Positions 17,222-26,656 of a stretch of DNA of 32,000 bases are shown here, piece after piece (positions within the stretch are counted from its first letter, which is position 1; the number at the start of each line of letters is the position of its first letter). Source of the DNA: Nostoc punctiforme PCC 73102. GTDB lineage: Bacteria; Cyanobacteriota; Cyanobacteriia; Cyanobacteriales; Nostocaceae. Both the position numbers and the translations under genes were made by a program. The stretch spans positions 6,450,001-6,482,000 of the forward strand of contig NC_010628.1 of assembly GCF_000020025.1 (NCBI RefSeq), given 5' to 3'. The notes under the pieces are model-generated. The model was not told the origin of the DNA, searched no databases, and saw only the letters and a list, made by a program, of their open reading frames with translations.

Positions 17222-17797
17222 TATTGTGGCTAATTGCCGGAATGATTGATGCGAAATCTGTTGGTGAAATTCTTGATTACTTGATGGTGCAAGATGGCGA
17301 AGAGGAAAAATTTATCAACTTGTTTTTAGCAGCTAAGTGTCTTGCAGAAGTGAGAAATCGTTCGGTAATTGCGTCAGTGGCTAATAAATTATTTGGCAAG
17401 GTAAAAGACTTAACCAAATATGACCTCTGGTATTATTACACCTATGACAATGCAGAAGAAACTCAGCTAGTTCAGACTCTCAAAATTCCTCAAGAACTTT
17501 TAGATATATTGAATGAATCATCTTGAGCAGATTTTCATGGTGAACTGTTACCCAAGCTGAAAACATGAGAACAGTAAAAAGTAGCATAACTCCAAAAAAG
17601 CGATCGCTAGACATCTACCCAAATTCTCATAAATTATTCTCGAAAATTACGCACCCAGAACACCGTAAGCATTGCCCGTAATATCGTCTAGCGGTAGTTG
17701 CAGTAAACAAAGCCGACTTTGATCGCAACAATCAGATAGAAAGTAGTTTTTCAATCCACTTAATTTAGTGTTAACAGCTAGATCAGAGGTGGCATGA

Positions 17798-18883
17798 ATG
17801 CAATTACAACAGACACAACTTTTAGAGGAAACTCTCTGGAAAGCCGTTCTCAACCGAGATGCCACAATTGACGGCAAGTTTTTCTACGGTGTTCGTTCCA
17901 CAGGCATTTATTGCCGACCTATTTGCCCTAGTCGCAGACCAAATCGCAATCAAGTTTGTTTTTTCCAGTCAGCAAAAGAGGCTCAAAACGCAGGTTTTCG
18001 ACCTTGCAAGCGCTGTCAGCCACAATTTGAAACAGTTCCAAATCCAGCCAAAGCGAAAATCTTAGCAGTATGTCGATACATTGAAGCACAAAGCGATCGC
18101 ATCCCCACCCTCTCAGAATTATGCTCTCAGGTGGAAATGAGTCCTAGTTATCTGCAAAAGGTATTCAAGCAAATAATTGGTGTATCCCCTTTTCAATATG
18201 CAGATGCACTGCGTAGCCAACGATTAAAGCAGCGTCTCCAGTCAGGGGAGGAAATTGCTCATGCAGTTTATGACACGGGGTATGGTTCAAGTAGTCAAAT
18301 TTATGAAAAAGCACCGAAGCAACTGGGAATGACACCAAAAATTTACCAACAAGCTGGAAAGACAATCAACATTGTCTATGCGATCGCTCCATGTCCGTTA
18401 GGATATTTACTGGTGGCAACAACAGACAAGGGGATTTGTGCCGTTAAACTAGGTGATGAAGCAGACAAACTTGAACACATCTTGAATCAAGAATTTCACC
18501 AAGCGCACATCATACGTGATGACCACATACACAAAGAATGGATACAAGGAATCCTCGACTTGATTGCGGGAGATGAAACACATCTCGATTTACCACTCGA
18601 TATCCGTGGAACAGCATTTCAGAAACAGGTTTGGCAAGTATTACAAAAAATTCCCTATAGCGAAACTCGTACCTACACTGATATTGCCCGTGATATTGCC
18701 AAACCCCAAGCAGTCCGGGCGGTAGGAAATGCTTGTGGAGCTAACCCGATCGCAGTGATTATACCCTGTCATCGGGTGCTGCGGAGTGATGGCAGTCTTG
18801 GTGGTTATCGTTGGGGGATTGAGCGCAAACAAAAACTGCTTGTACAAGAATCGAAATTGAGCAAAGATGACTCAAATACCTGA
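17798..18883 (+). CDS. ada: Bifunctional Ada: methylphosphotriester-DNA methyltransferase / AraC-type regulator / O6-methylguanine-DNA methyltransferase
   Basis: 361 aa. It has the N-terminal Ada Zn-binding motif FFYGVRSTGIYCRPICPSRRP, an AraC-type HTH (SPSYLQKVFKQIIGVSPFQY) and the C-terminal MGMT active site IIPCHRVL. Confidence 0.9.
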   Translation: MQLQQTQLLEETLWKAVLNRDATIDGKFFYGVRSTGIYCRPICPSRRPNRNQVCFFQSAKEAQNAGFRPCKRCQPQFETVPNPAKAKILAVCRYIEAQSDRIPTLSELCSQVEMSPSYLQKVFKQIIGVSPFQYADALRSQRLKQRLQSGEEIAHAVYDTGYGSSSQIYEKAPKQLGMTPKIYQQAGKTINIVYAIAPCPLGYLLVATTDKGICAVKLGDEADKLEHILNQEFHQAHIIRDDHIHKEWIQGILDLIAGDETHLDLPLDIRGTAFQKQVWQVLQKIPYSETRTYTDIARDIAKPQAVRAVGNACGANPIAVIIPCHRVLRSDGSLGGYRWGIERKQKLLVQESKLSKDDSNT

Positions 18884-19505
18884 ACTAGAATCATTGACTG
18901 AAGAAAGTCTCACCCGTGGTTTAATGGTGCTTGCCAATATTGACAGCGATTTGGCTCGGATTTTAGAAACACTCGGGCCTCCACCAATATGGTCAAGAGA
19001 ACCGGGTTTTGCAACGCTTCTGTGCATAATTCTGGAACAGCAAGTTTCCGTAGCAGCTGCGAGGGCTGTATTTAACCGTCTATGTGGGGTTATTGTACCG
19101 CTAACGCCAGAAAATTTTCTGACATTGGATGATGTTCAATTAAGAGGGATTGGATTCAGTCGGCAAAAGATTCTATACTCTCGTGGATTAGCGAATGCGA
19201 TCGCAAGCGATCAGCTTGACCTCAGCAAGCTGGAAAGAATGGACGAAACTACTATCAGAACTGAGTTAAAGCGCCTCAAAGGTATAGGAGACTGGACAGT
19301 TGATATTTATTTACTCATGGCGCTGCAACGTCCTGATGTCTTTCCTAAAGGCGATTTAGCAATCGCGATCGCTTTACAAAAACTCAAAAACTTGGCGACA
19401 CGTCCAACACCAGTTCAACTGGAAGGAATGACACAGCACTGGAGACCGTGGCGAGCAGTTGCGGCAAGACTTCTATGGCACTATTACCTAAGTAATCCCA
19501 AATAA
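18867..19505 (+). CDS. alkA: DNA-3-methyladenine glycosylase II family (HhH-GPD)
   Basis: 212 aa. It has the helix-hairpin-helix LKGIGDWTVDIYLLMAL followed by PKGDLAI. Its start overlaps the ada stop by 17 nt. Confidence 0.8.
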   Translation: MTQIPELESLTEESLTRGLMVLANIDSDLARILETLGPPPIWSREPGFATLLCIILEQQVSVAAARAVFNRLCGVIVPLTPENFLTLDDVQLRGIGFSRQKILYSRGLANAIASDQLDLSKLERMDETTIRTELKRLKGIGDWTVDIYLLMALQRPDVFPKGDLAIAIALQKLKNLATRPTPVQLEGMTQHWRPWRAVAARLLWHYYLSNPK

Positions 19506-19518
19506 TTGCTCCTTTTCC

Positions 19519-19544
19519 CTTGGCGCACTTGGCGCACTTGGCGG
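19519..19544. repeat. 9-bp tandem repeat cttggcgca x3 (the last unit degenerate)
   Basis: cttggcgca cttggcgca cttggcgg read directly, just after the alkA stop. Confidence 0.8.
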
Positions 19545-19567
19545 TTCGTATAATAAATATAAACTAA

Positions 19568-20566
19568 ATGGTAGAAAATCAATTAATCCTAACAACAGAA
19601 AAGTCTGATAAAACTTTAAACATCCTGCCGATAATCATAGTAATAATTGCATTATTAGCTTTATCTTCAACAGCAATATTGATTAAAATTGCTCTTAGAG
19701 AAATGAGCGCTACTGCTACATTCTTTAATCGTTTATGGATAGCGACTATTATCTTTGGATTCTGGAATGGAATTAACCAAGCACGGACTCAGATTAAAGA
19801 TGATCAACCTGTATTACCACAGCAGCCTTATCCAATCAAAGAGATAGCGTTTTTAATAGCAGTGGGTCTAGTTCATGTATTAGGTAGATTATCTTGGACT
19901 TGGGCGCTAACCCAGACTGGTGCTGCGAATGCTAATGCGTTAGGTAGTCTTAATCCGCTATTTACTACATTAGGAGGATGGCTATTTTTTAATCAGATTT
20001 TTGGGCGCAAATTTATCATCGGTCTGATCTTAGCCATAATCGGCGCGATCGCAGTTGGGTTTGAAGATTTATTACGTTCTAATAATAATTTTACAGGTGA
20101 TGCTGTTGCCTTGATCTCGTCGATATTTTATGCAGCAAACTTTTTACTAATCGAGCAAATCCGCAATAAGTTTTCAATTATTACTATCCTTCTGTGGCGC
20201 TGTGTCATCGCAACTTCATTAATGGTTCCAGTAGTACTAATCTTTGAAAAACAACCTTTTCCAGTTTCCTTGTCAGGGTGGTTAGTAGTATTTGCACTAG
20301 CTGCTATTTGCGAATCTTTGGGTCATGGGCTAATTGTATATAGCCTGAAAACTTTTTCTTCAGGATTCATCTCTTTACTTTTGTTACTCAATCCAGTGAT
20401 TGTTGCTATTCTTGCTTGGATACTTTTCTCGGAAAACTTGAGTATTTTTAACTTGCTAGGGTTGGCATTAATTGTAGGGGGTATATATTTAGCGATTTCT
20501 AATAAAGAATCTATCAAATCTAGCGTTAATCCCCCCATACAATCTCTACAGAAAAGTGAATTTTAA
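19568..20566 (+). CDS. DMT-superfamily (EamA-like) transporter
   Basis: 332 aa with about 10 predicted hydrophobic helices in two similar halves. The sequence character is typical of EamA-type transporters. Confidence 0.75.
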   Translation: MVENQLILTTEKSDKTLNILPIIIVIIALLALSSTAILIKIALREMSATATFFNRLWIATIIFGFWNGINQARTQIKDDQPVLPQQPYPIKEIAFLIAVGLVHVLGRLSWTWALTQTGAANANALGSLNPLFTTLGGWLFFNQIFGRKFIIGLILAIIGAIAVGFEDLLRSNNNFTGDAVALISSIFYAANFLLIEQIRNKFSIITILLWRCVIATSLMVPVVLIFEKQPFPVSLSGWLVVFALAAICESLGHGLIVYSLKTFSSGFISLLLLLNPVIVAILAWILFSENLSIFNLLGLALIVGGIYLAISNKESIKSSVNPPIQSLQKSEF

Positions 20567-20574
20567 CAAGTTCG

Positions 20575-20621
20575 TAGTAAGGACTTTAGTCTTTATTTTC
20601 TAAATACTAAAGTCCTTACTA
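20575..20621. terminator. Perfect 16-bp hairpin between convergent genes (tagtaaggactttagt/actaaagtccttacta)
   Basis: The left arm at 20575-20590 and the right arm at 20606-20621 are exact reverse complements, with a T-rich 15-nt loop. It lies between the transporter stop and the dapF stop. Confidence 0.7.
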
Positions 20622-20671
20622 TAAACCCTCAAAATAACTCTAATACTTGCGTAATGCCAGTGATAAGTCGG

Positions 20672-21511
20672 TTACAGTTTCCCCGTGAAGACTCGTTCAG
20701 CCGGGCCTGTCATGTAAACCCGTTGGTCGATTTCTGACCATTCAATTTGCAAGGGACCACCAGGTAATTCTACAGTGGCAGTGCGATCGCATTTCCCGGT
20801 TAACACACCAGCCACTAAAGAAGCGCAAGCACCAGTCCCACAAGCTAATGTAATCCCAGCACCCCGTTCCCACACCCGCATTTTCAAATAGTCACGGCGT
20901 ACCACTTGAATAAATTCAGTATTTATGCGTTGGGGAAAAGCTGGGTGATGCTCAAATTTCGGGCCTATGCTTTCTAGTTCAATTGCTGCTACATCTTCCA
21001 CAAAGGTAATGCAGTGAGGATTTCCCATATTTACACAAGTTACTTCCCAAGTTTTCCCCGCCACTTCCAACGGCACAGAGATTACTTTTTCTTCAACAGG
21101 TGCAAGAGTAGTAGGAATTTCGCCAGCGAGTAATCTGGGTAAACCCATGTCTACTTTAACTAGACCATCAGATAAGAGTTGGGGAGTCATTACACCACCC
21201 AAAGTATGAATGCGATATGAATCTTTATTTCGGGATTGACCTTCTAAATCTGCCAAAAAGCCAGCTAAACAGCGAATGCCATTGCCACACATTTCTGGTT
21301 CTGAACCATCAGAATTAAAAATCCGCATGGTATAGTCAGTGCCGTTTTCTCCAGGTAGAGCAAAAATGACACCATCAGCACCGATACCAAAATGGCGATC
21401 GCATAATTGGATAGCTTGCTCTGGAGTCAAAACGGGCAAAGATGACGAGCGATTGTCAATCAGAATAAAATCATTGCCCAGACCATGATACTTAGTAAAT
21501 TCGATTGCCAT
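20672..21511 (-). CDS. dapF: Diaminopimelate epimerase
   Basis: 279 aa. It has [19 protein letters not shown] and both catalytic Cys motifs (EMCGNGIRC and [10 protein letters not shown]). Confidence 0.95.
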   Translation of the reverse strand: MAIEFTKYHGLGNDFILIDNRSSSLPVLTPEQAIQLCDRHFGIGADGVIFALPGENGTDYTMRIFNSDGSEPEMCGNGIRCLAGFLADLEGQSRNKDSYRIHTLGGVMTPQLLSDGLVKVDMGLPRLLAGEIPTTLAPVEEKVISVPLEVAGKTWEVTCVNMGNPHCITFVEDVAAIELESIGPKFEHHPAFPQRINTEFIQVVRRDYLKMRVWERGAGITLACGTGACASLVAGVLTGKCDRTATVELPGGPLQIEWSEIDQRVYMTGPAERVFTGKL

Positions 21512-21580
21512 TTTCTCAAGGATGAATTATCAAGGATTAGTTACTCTTTATTTTGCCTTGTAGGTTCATCTTTACTAAAA

Positions 21581-21799
21581 ATGCTTACCGAATTTGACAC
21601 CACTTTACCCAGTATTAGACAAGTCCAAAACCTGATTAAACAAACAACGCCAGTTGAGTTAAAGCTGGTGACTCAGGATGTACTCACAGGAAAGGTTGTA
21701 TGGCAAGATCCACAGTGTATCTGTATTGCTGATGAAAACAGTCAGCAAACCACCGTTTGGAAACAAGCGATCGCATACATCAAACCGAAAACAAGTTAG
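21581..21799 (+). CDS. hfq: Cyanobacterial-type Hfq
   Basis: I use the ATG at 21581. The track's upstream start would overlap dapF. The 72-aa MLTEFDTTLPSIRQVQNLIKQTTPVELKLVTQDVLTGKVVWQDPQCICIADENSQQTTVWKQAIAYIKPK closely parallels the roughly 70-aa Synechocystis/Anabaena Hfq as I remember it (LPSVRQVQ...PVE.KL..G....G...WQD). Confidence 0.8.
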   Translation: MLTEFDTTLPSIRQVQNLIKQTTPVELKLVTQDVLTGKVVWQDPQCICIADENSQQTTVWKQAIAYIKPKTS

Positions 21800-21947
21800 A
21801 AATAGAATTTTGCTTGCGATCGCTATAAGATTTTGGTTAGCGATCGCTAGTTTGTATACAATACACCCTGGTATCATGATTCATTCTGTTAGCGATAGCT
21901 AGGGTTTAGCCTATTCTGACTCTTGAATTCTGCTTGATAAGAGAGAA

Positions 21948-23150
21948 TCAATGCAAAAGTTCCCAATCTTGCAGCATTAAAATAGCATCTCTATACAACG
22001 ACAAATCCACCTGGTGGACTTCTATTCCTTGCCCAATTCCTTCTAGAAGGGTAATTGTCAAATTTCCTCCCAAGTGTTCGCGAAACTCGGTTAGCCCCCT
22101 AAATAGACAATCGGGATGGTCTAGTCGATCTAATTGCTCTGTCAGCGCCGGCACGTATAATGTGAATCCTAGCTTACTGAGCGTATATAGAACACTTTGC
22201 CACTCAGATTTCAAGAGTTGACCTGTTAAATATGAATAGGTCGTATCCAAAGCAATGCCGATCGCTACAGCTTCGCCGTGACGTAAACTGTAATTAGTTA
22301 AATGCTCCAGTTTATGAGCAGCCCAGTGTCCAAAATCCAAAGGACGCGATGAACCCATTTCAAATGGATCGCCGCCACCAGCAATATGCTCTAAATGCAA
22401 TTGCGAACAGCGATAGATCAATCTTTCCATTATGTCCATATCCCGATTAGCCAATTTATCGGCATTAGTCATAATGAAATCGAAGAAATCTGCATCTTTA
22501 ATCAGCGCTACTTTCACCGCTTCTGCAATACCCGATCGCCAATCTCGATCGTCAAGGCTAGTCAGAAAATCAAAGTCATTTAAGACAGCATAAGGCGGCA
22601 TGAATGTACCCAAAAAGTTTTTCTTGCCGAAAGCATTGATTCCGTTTTTTACCCCTACACCCGAATCGTTTTGCCCTAATACTGTTGTCGGTACTCGTAG
22701 CAGCCGAATTCCTCGATGAGCCGTTGCTGCTGCGTATCCTACCATATCTAGGACGGCTCCACCTCCAATTGCTAAAACGTAGGAGTGACGGCACAATCCA
22801 GCTGCATTGATTCGCTGATGAATTTGTTCTATAAATCTAGAATGGTTCTTGACTGCTTCTCCACCAAGAACTACTATCGGCTCACCGCTCAGTGTTAGTA
22901 CATTTTCATAATACTGAGCATAGACTGATAATTTTTTTAGTAAGCCATCTTGGTACTGTAAAAATCCTCCATCTACCACTGCTAGTACTTGCTTTGGGGT
23001 TGTTTCTCCATCTGCGGCAATCACTTGTGCAAATAAAGGATTATCTAACTGAAACAGACCTCTAGTGAAGTGAACATCATAGTTGAAGGTCACGCGGACA
23101 CATTGGTTAATCGGTTGCAGATTAAGAGCGGTTTTTTGTTTAATAGCCAT
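21948..23150 (-). CDS. eboD: DHQS-like sugar-phosphate cyclase (sedoheptulose-7-phosphate cyclase family), EboD-like by context
   Basis: 400 aa. It has GGGAVLDMVGYAAATAHRGIRLLRVPTTVLGQNDSGVGVKNGIN and HGEAVAIGIALD, typical of the 3-dehydroquinate-synthase superfamily. It is divergent from eboA-B-C-E-F. No mys or aro partner genes are adjacent. Confidence 0.75.
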   Translation of the reverse strand: MAIKQKTALNLQPINQCVRVTFNYDVHFTRGLFQLDNPLFAQVIAADGETTPKQVLAVVDGGFLQYQDGLLKKLSVYAQYYENVLTLSGEPIVVLGGEAVKNHSRFIEQIHQRINAAGLCRHSYVLAIGGGAVLDMVGYAAATAHRGIRLLRVPTTVLGQNDSGVGVKNGINAFGKKNFLGTFMPPYAVLNDFDFLTSLDDRDWRSGIAEAVKVALIKDADFFDFIMTNADKLANRDMDIMERLIYRCSQLHLEHIAGGGDPFEMGSSRPLDFGHWAAHKLEHLTNYSLRHGEAVAIGIALDTTYSYLTGQLLKSEWQSVLYTLSKLGFTLYVPALTEQLDRLDHPDCLFRGLTEFREHLGGNLTITLLEGIGQGIEVHQVDLSLYRDAILMLQDWELLH

Positions 23151-23623
23151 TTAAAGTATTATTTTTTAGTAACTGTGAATACATCCACTATTGCAATTAA
23201 AATTGAAACTAAATTCAACAGAATTAAGTCATCAAATACTTCAGCATTTAAATGATTTACTAGACAGCCAAAATTATTAAATTAATCATAATTTTCAATT
23301 GTATTTATCCTAAACTACAAAGTTGACAATAACATTAATTTACAACTTTATTGATGCCTATCGTTTATATCTGAAGTTAGCAATGGATATTCTTATTTAG
23401 ATAAGATTCTAATTTTTTTCCGTAAGTTAATTCTAGAGTTTATCTAATTAAAATAGCATCTTTACAATATCTTCTCTAAAATCGGGAAAAGTTTATAGAT
23501 TCAGTAAAGTTACGAACACAGTAGTATATTATTAGCTGTTTTAAACACAAAGTATCAAGTTTAGTGGTAGATTTTATACTTAGTTGTCACAAAAAAGTTG
23601 GGCAACTTCTCCTGAAATTCATC

Positions 23624-24487
23624 ATGAGTAAAGTAAACAAGTTACTGCATCACTGGCTGTTAAAGTCTGTTTCAGAGAAAGCTTTTGCTTGGCTGGAGCA
23701 TAAGCAGGCACAAATTTCTAGCGGCGCTGCTGAAAGAGTTTTTTTCACGGCATTTAGTGCTGTACCGCGTTATCTAGGTAAACAGGATTTGCAGCTAACA
23801 TTCCAGGACTTGGAAGCAGCAGAAGATGTGATTCCCGGTTGGTATCCTGGTAATTGGAGTGTAGATCAAGCAGGTCGCACACTCTTGCTTCTAGCTTTGC
23901 CCCACGATGATGCCCAGGGGTATGTGCGATCGCTCGATCAAGTCTTCTCCACTGCTGATATGGGAGAGTTAGTTGCTCTTTATCAAAGTTTGCCGTTATT
24001 ACCACATTCAGAGTTACATCGCCAGCGCGCTGCTGAGGGAATTCGCAGCAATATGAGTAATGTATTCCAAGCCATAGCACTACGTAACCCTTATCCAGCA
24101 AATTATTTAGACAATGCTGCTTGGAATCAGATGGTGCTGAAGGCTGTGTTTGTCGGCAGTCCGTTGCATCTAATTTGGGGACTAGACCGACGTGCTAACC
24201 CAGAATTAGCGAAGATGTTAGCAGACTATGCCCATGAACGTTGGGCAGCTAAACGCTCAGTTACGCCAGAACTTTGGCGACCTGTAGGGCGGTTTGCGGA
24301 TAGTGCGATCGTTACGGATTTGGAAAAAGTACTGGCTAATGGCGATACAGCCGAACAAGAAGCCGCAGCATTAGCTTGTGCCGAGTCTCCTTTACCCCAA
24401 GCGCAAGCATTACTTTCTCGTTACCCAGATTTACAGTCATCTATCCAACAAGGTAATCTGACTTGGAACAATTTTAGCCGCAAGTGA
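23624..24487 (+). CDS. eboA: EboA-like protein
   Basis: I prefer the ATG at 23624 (MSKVNKLLHHW...) to the track's GTG. AAEGIRSNMSNVFQAIALRNPYPANYLDNAAWNQMVLKAVF and YAHERWAAKRSVTPELWRPVG fit my memory of the EboA family. It sits in the first position of an ebo-type operon. Confidence 0.6.
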   Translation: MSKVNKLLHHWLLKSVSEKAFAWLEHKQAQISSGAAERVFFTAFSAVPRYLGKQDLQLTFQDLEAAEDVIPGWYPGNWSVDQAGRTLLLLALPHDDAQGYVRSLDQVFSTADMGELVALYQSLPLLPHSELHRQRAAEGIRSNMSNVFQAIALRNPYPANYLDNAAWNQMVLKAVFVGSPLHLIWGLDRRANPELAKMLADYAHERWAAKRSVTPELWRPVGRFADSAIVTDLEKVLANGDTAEQEAAALACAESPLPQAQALLSRYPDLQSSIQQGNLTWNNFSRK

Positions 24488-24534
24488 GTGGGGAGTAGCA
24501 GTGGAGATAAGGGAGATGAGGAGAATAACCCATT

Positions 24535-24578
24535 CCCAATGCCCAATGCCCAACAATATCCAATGCCAAATACCCAAT
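24535..24578. repeat. Heptamer tandem repeats (cccaatg family) in the eboA-eboB spacer
   Basis: cccaatg cccaatg cccaaca atatcca atgccaa ataccca read directly. This is STRR-like 7-nt periodicity. Confidence 0.7.
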
Positions 24579-24588
24579 TATTAAAACC

Positions 24589-25497
24589 ATGATGTATATC
24601 GATCCTCACATTCACATGTGTTCCCGTACTACTTACGATTACTTAGTAATGCGGGAATATGGTATTGTCGCCGTTATTGAACCAGCCTTTTGGTTAGGAC
24701 AACCCCGAACTAATGCTGGCTCATTTAAAGACTACTTCAGTAGTCTTGTAGGCTGGGAACGCTTTCGTGCTAGTCAGTTTGGCATCCAACACTACTGCAC
24801 AATCGGCCTAAATCCGAAAGAAGCTAACAATGAAGCACTAGCAACAGAAGTTATGGAACTGCTGCCACTTTATGCCTGTAAAGAAGGAGTTGTTGCCATT
24901 GGTGAAATTGGCTATGACGACATGACAGAAGCAGAAGATAAGTACTTTTGTCAACAGTTAGAATTAGCCAAAGAACTCGATATGTTAGTACTAATTCATA
25001 CGCCCCATCGGAATAAGAAGGCGGGTGCTATTCAAAGCATGGAACGCTGCATTGAATATGGCTTAGATCCTTCACAAGTAGTTATCGATCACAACAACGA
25101 AGAAACTGTTGAAGAAGTATTAGGACGGGGCTTTTGGGCAGCTTTTACGATTTACCCACAGACGAAGATGGGTAACGCCCGGATGGTTGAAGTTGTCCGT
25201 AAGTATGGATGTGATCGCATCATTGTAGATAGTAGTGCTGATTGGGGCATCAGCGATCCTTTGGCAGTTCCAAAAACGGCTCAGTTGATGTTAGATAGGG
25301 GCATTCCTGAAGAACACGTGCGAGCAGTTTGTTATGAAAACGCCTTAGCTGCTTATAGCCAAACTGGGCAGATGAAAGCGTCAGACTGGCTCAATCCTCA
25401 ATCTATCGATCAGCGTCAGCTGTTCAGTGGTAATTCTGTGTTGCGGGGACAGGAACCAGGAATCAAATCAGTTTCAGATTTTGTGTTGATTGAGTAG
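24589..25497 (+). CDS. eboB: TatD-family metal-dependent hydrolase (EboB-like)
   Basis: 302 aa. It has the N-terminal YIDPHIHM HxH metal motif, GEIGYD and LIHTPH, typical of the TatD/amidohydrolase fold. Confidence 0.8.
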   Translation: MMYIDPHIHMCSRTTYDYLVMREYGIVAVIEPAFWLGQPRTNAGSFKDYFSSLVGWERFRASQFGIQHYCTIGLNPKEANNEALATEVMELLPLYACKEGVVAIGEIGYDDMTEAEDKYFCQQLELAKELDMLVLIHTPHRNKKAGAIQSMERCIEYGLDPSQVVIDHNNEETVEEVLGRGFWAAFTIYPQTKMGNARMVEVVRKYGCDRIIVDSSADWGISDPLAVPKTAQLMLDRGIPEEHVRAVCYENALAAYSQTGQMKASDWLNPQSIDQRQLFSGNSVLRGQEPGIKSVSDFVLIE

Positions 25498-25576
25498 GAA
25501 ATTAAGATTGGTATGGGGATTACAAGAGATATTTTCATCTTAATTTTGAGAAATTAGTAGACACGGAGGTAGATAA

Positions 25577-26509
25577 GTGAATGTTGCAAGCTTAAATTTT
25601 CAAAGCTGGCGGGGTTATCTGGAATTGATGCGTCCTGCTAATATTGTTACTGCTTGGGCGGATATTCTTGTAGGTTTCGCTGCTTCCGGCTCTGGGATTA
25701 TTTTTGCTCAATTAATCAATGGAGAAGCAAGTTTTAACATACTAATTCCATTAGCTTGGTTGTTGTTAGCTACAAGTGGTTTATACGGCGGCGGTATAGT
25801 TTTTAATGATGTTTTTGATGCAGAATTAGATGCAAAAGAGCGACCAAATAGAGCAATTCCTAGCGGTCGGGTATCTCGTGAAAATGCTACTTTGTTGGGG
25901 AGTATACTGTTTGCGATCGGGATTATAGCTGCTTTTCAAGTATCGTTGGTGAGTGGTGCGATCGCTATATTCATCACTCTTTCATCTCTTTTGTATGATT
26001 CACTCGCCAAACATCATCCTTTTTTCGGCCCTTTAAATATGGGTTTGTGTCGTGGCAGTAACTTATTATTAGGCGTAAGTGCTGTACCTGCAATCATTGG
26101 AGAACGTTGGTATTTAGCACTAATTCCTGTTCTTTATATTGCTGCTATCACCGCAATTAGTCAGGGTGAAGTTCACGGTGGTAAGAAGATTACGGGAGTT
26201 TTAGCAGTACTGCTGATTGCAATAGTTCTGACGGCAATTTTGGCTTTAGGATTATTGGATGAGTATACAGCGATCGCAGCACTACCATTCGCTATTTTCT
26301 TAGCTATCAGAATCTTACCTAATTTTATCAAAGCGGCGCGGGAACCGATAGCCGGAAATATCCGAAATGCGGTAAAAATAGGCGTTTTATCTCTAATAGT
26401 ATTAGATGCAACGGTTGCATCTGGTTTTGCTGGTTTGTATTACGGTTTATTAGTTCTAAGCTTGCTACCCATTTCGATGAAGTTAGCAAAAGTATTTGCT
26501 GTTACTTAA
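25577..26509 (+). CDS. eboC: UbiA-superfamily prenyltransferase (EboC-like)
   Basis: 310 aa. The GTG start is preceded by ggagg 8 nt upstream. It has the Asp-rich motif NDVFDAELDAKERPNRAIPSG and about 8-9 hydrophobic helices. Confidence 0.85.
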   Translation: MNVASLNFQSWRGYLELMRPANIVTAWADILVGFAASGSGIIFAQLINGEASFNILIPLAWLLLATSGLYGGGIVFNDVFDAELDAKERPNRAIPSGRVSRENATLLGSILFAIGIIAAFQVSLVSGAIAIFITLSSLLYDSLAKHHPFFGPLNMGLCRGSNLLLGVSAVPAIIGERWYLALIPVLYIAAITAISQGEVHGGKKITGVLAVLLIAIVLTAILALGLLDEYTAIAALPFAIFLAIRILPNFIKAAREPIAGNIRNAVKIGVLSLIVLDATVASGFAGLYYGLLVLSLLPISMKLAKVFAVT

Positions 26510-26548
26510 ATTTGAATGTATACACCCAGTAATACCATTAATCGGCTA

Positions 26549-26574
26549 TAGGGGCGCATAGATGTGCGCCCCTA
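26549..26574. repeat. Perfect 10-bp GC-rich hairpin (taggggcgca tagatg tgcgccccta) in the eboC-eboE spacer
   Basis: Exact inverted repeat read directly. No T-run follows, so it is not a classical terminator. It is of the small dispersed hairpin-repeat type. Confidence 0.7.
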
Positions 26575-26656
26575 ACTATGAATATCTAGCAAGTATTTTG
26601 TGAAATAGTTTAAGCCAAAGAAAATAGATTACATATACAAGGAATAAAGCTAGAAA

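Larger units (their letters stand above)
15852..17526 (+). pseudogene. Small ORF resembling the helical post-NTPase region of cyanobacterial NACHT/STAND proteins, split by an IS630 insertion
   Basis: The upstream piece (...FGKHWQDETWHEV) ends 2 codons into the IS. The downstream piece (LWLIAGMIDAKSVGEIL...FLAAKCLAEVRNRS...) is in the same frame once 16032-17223 is removed. No P-loop is present, so the pre-insertion ORF was probably already a remnant. Confidence 0.45.

Noticed and set aside
17590-17610. An Ada-box-like aaaaaagcgatcgc upstream of ada
   Set aside because: The GCG part is simply a HIP1 site and lies about 190 bp from the start. It does not match AAAGCGCA well.
21485-21580. The longer 104-aa version of the hfq ORF
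   Set aside because: The N-terminal extension overlaps the dapF start region on the opposite strand and adds sequence absent from cyanobacterial Hfq. The internal ATG at 21581 gives the expected 72-aa protein.
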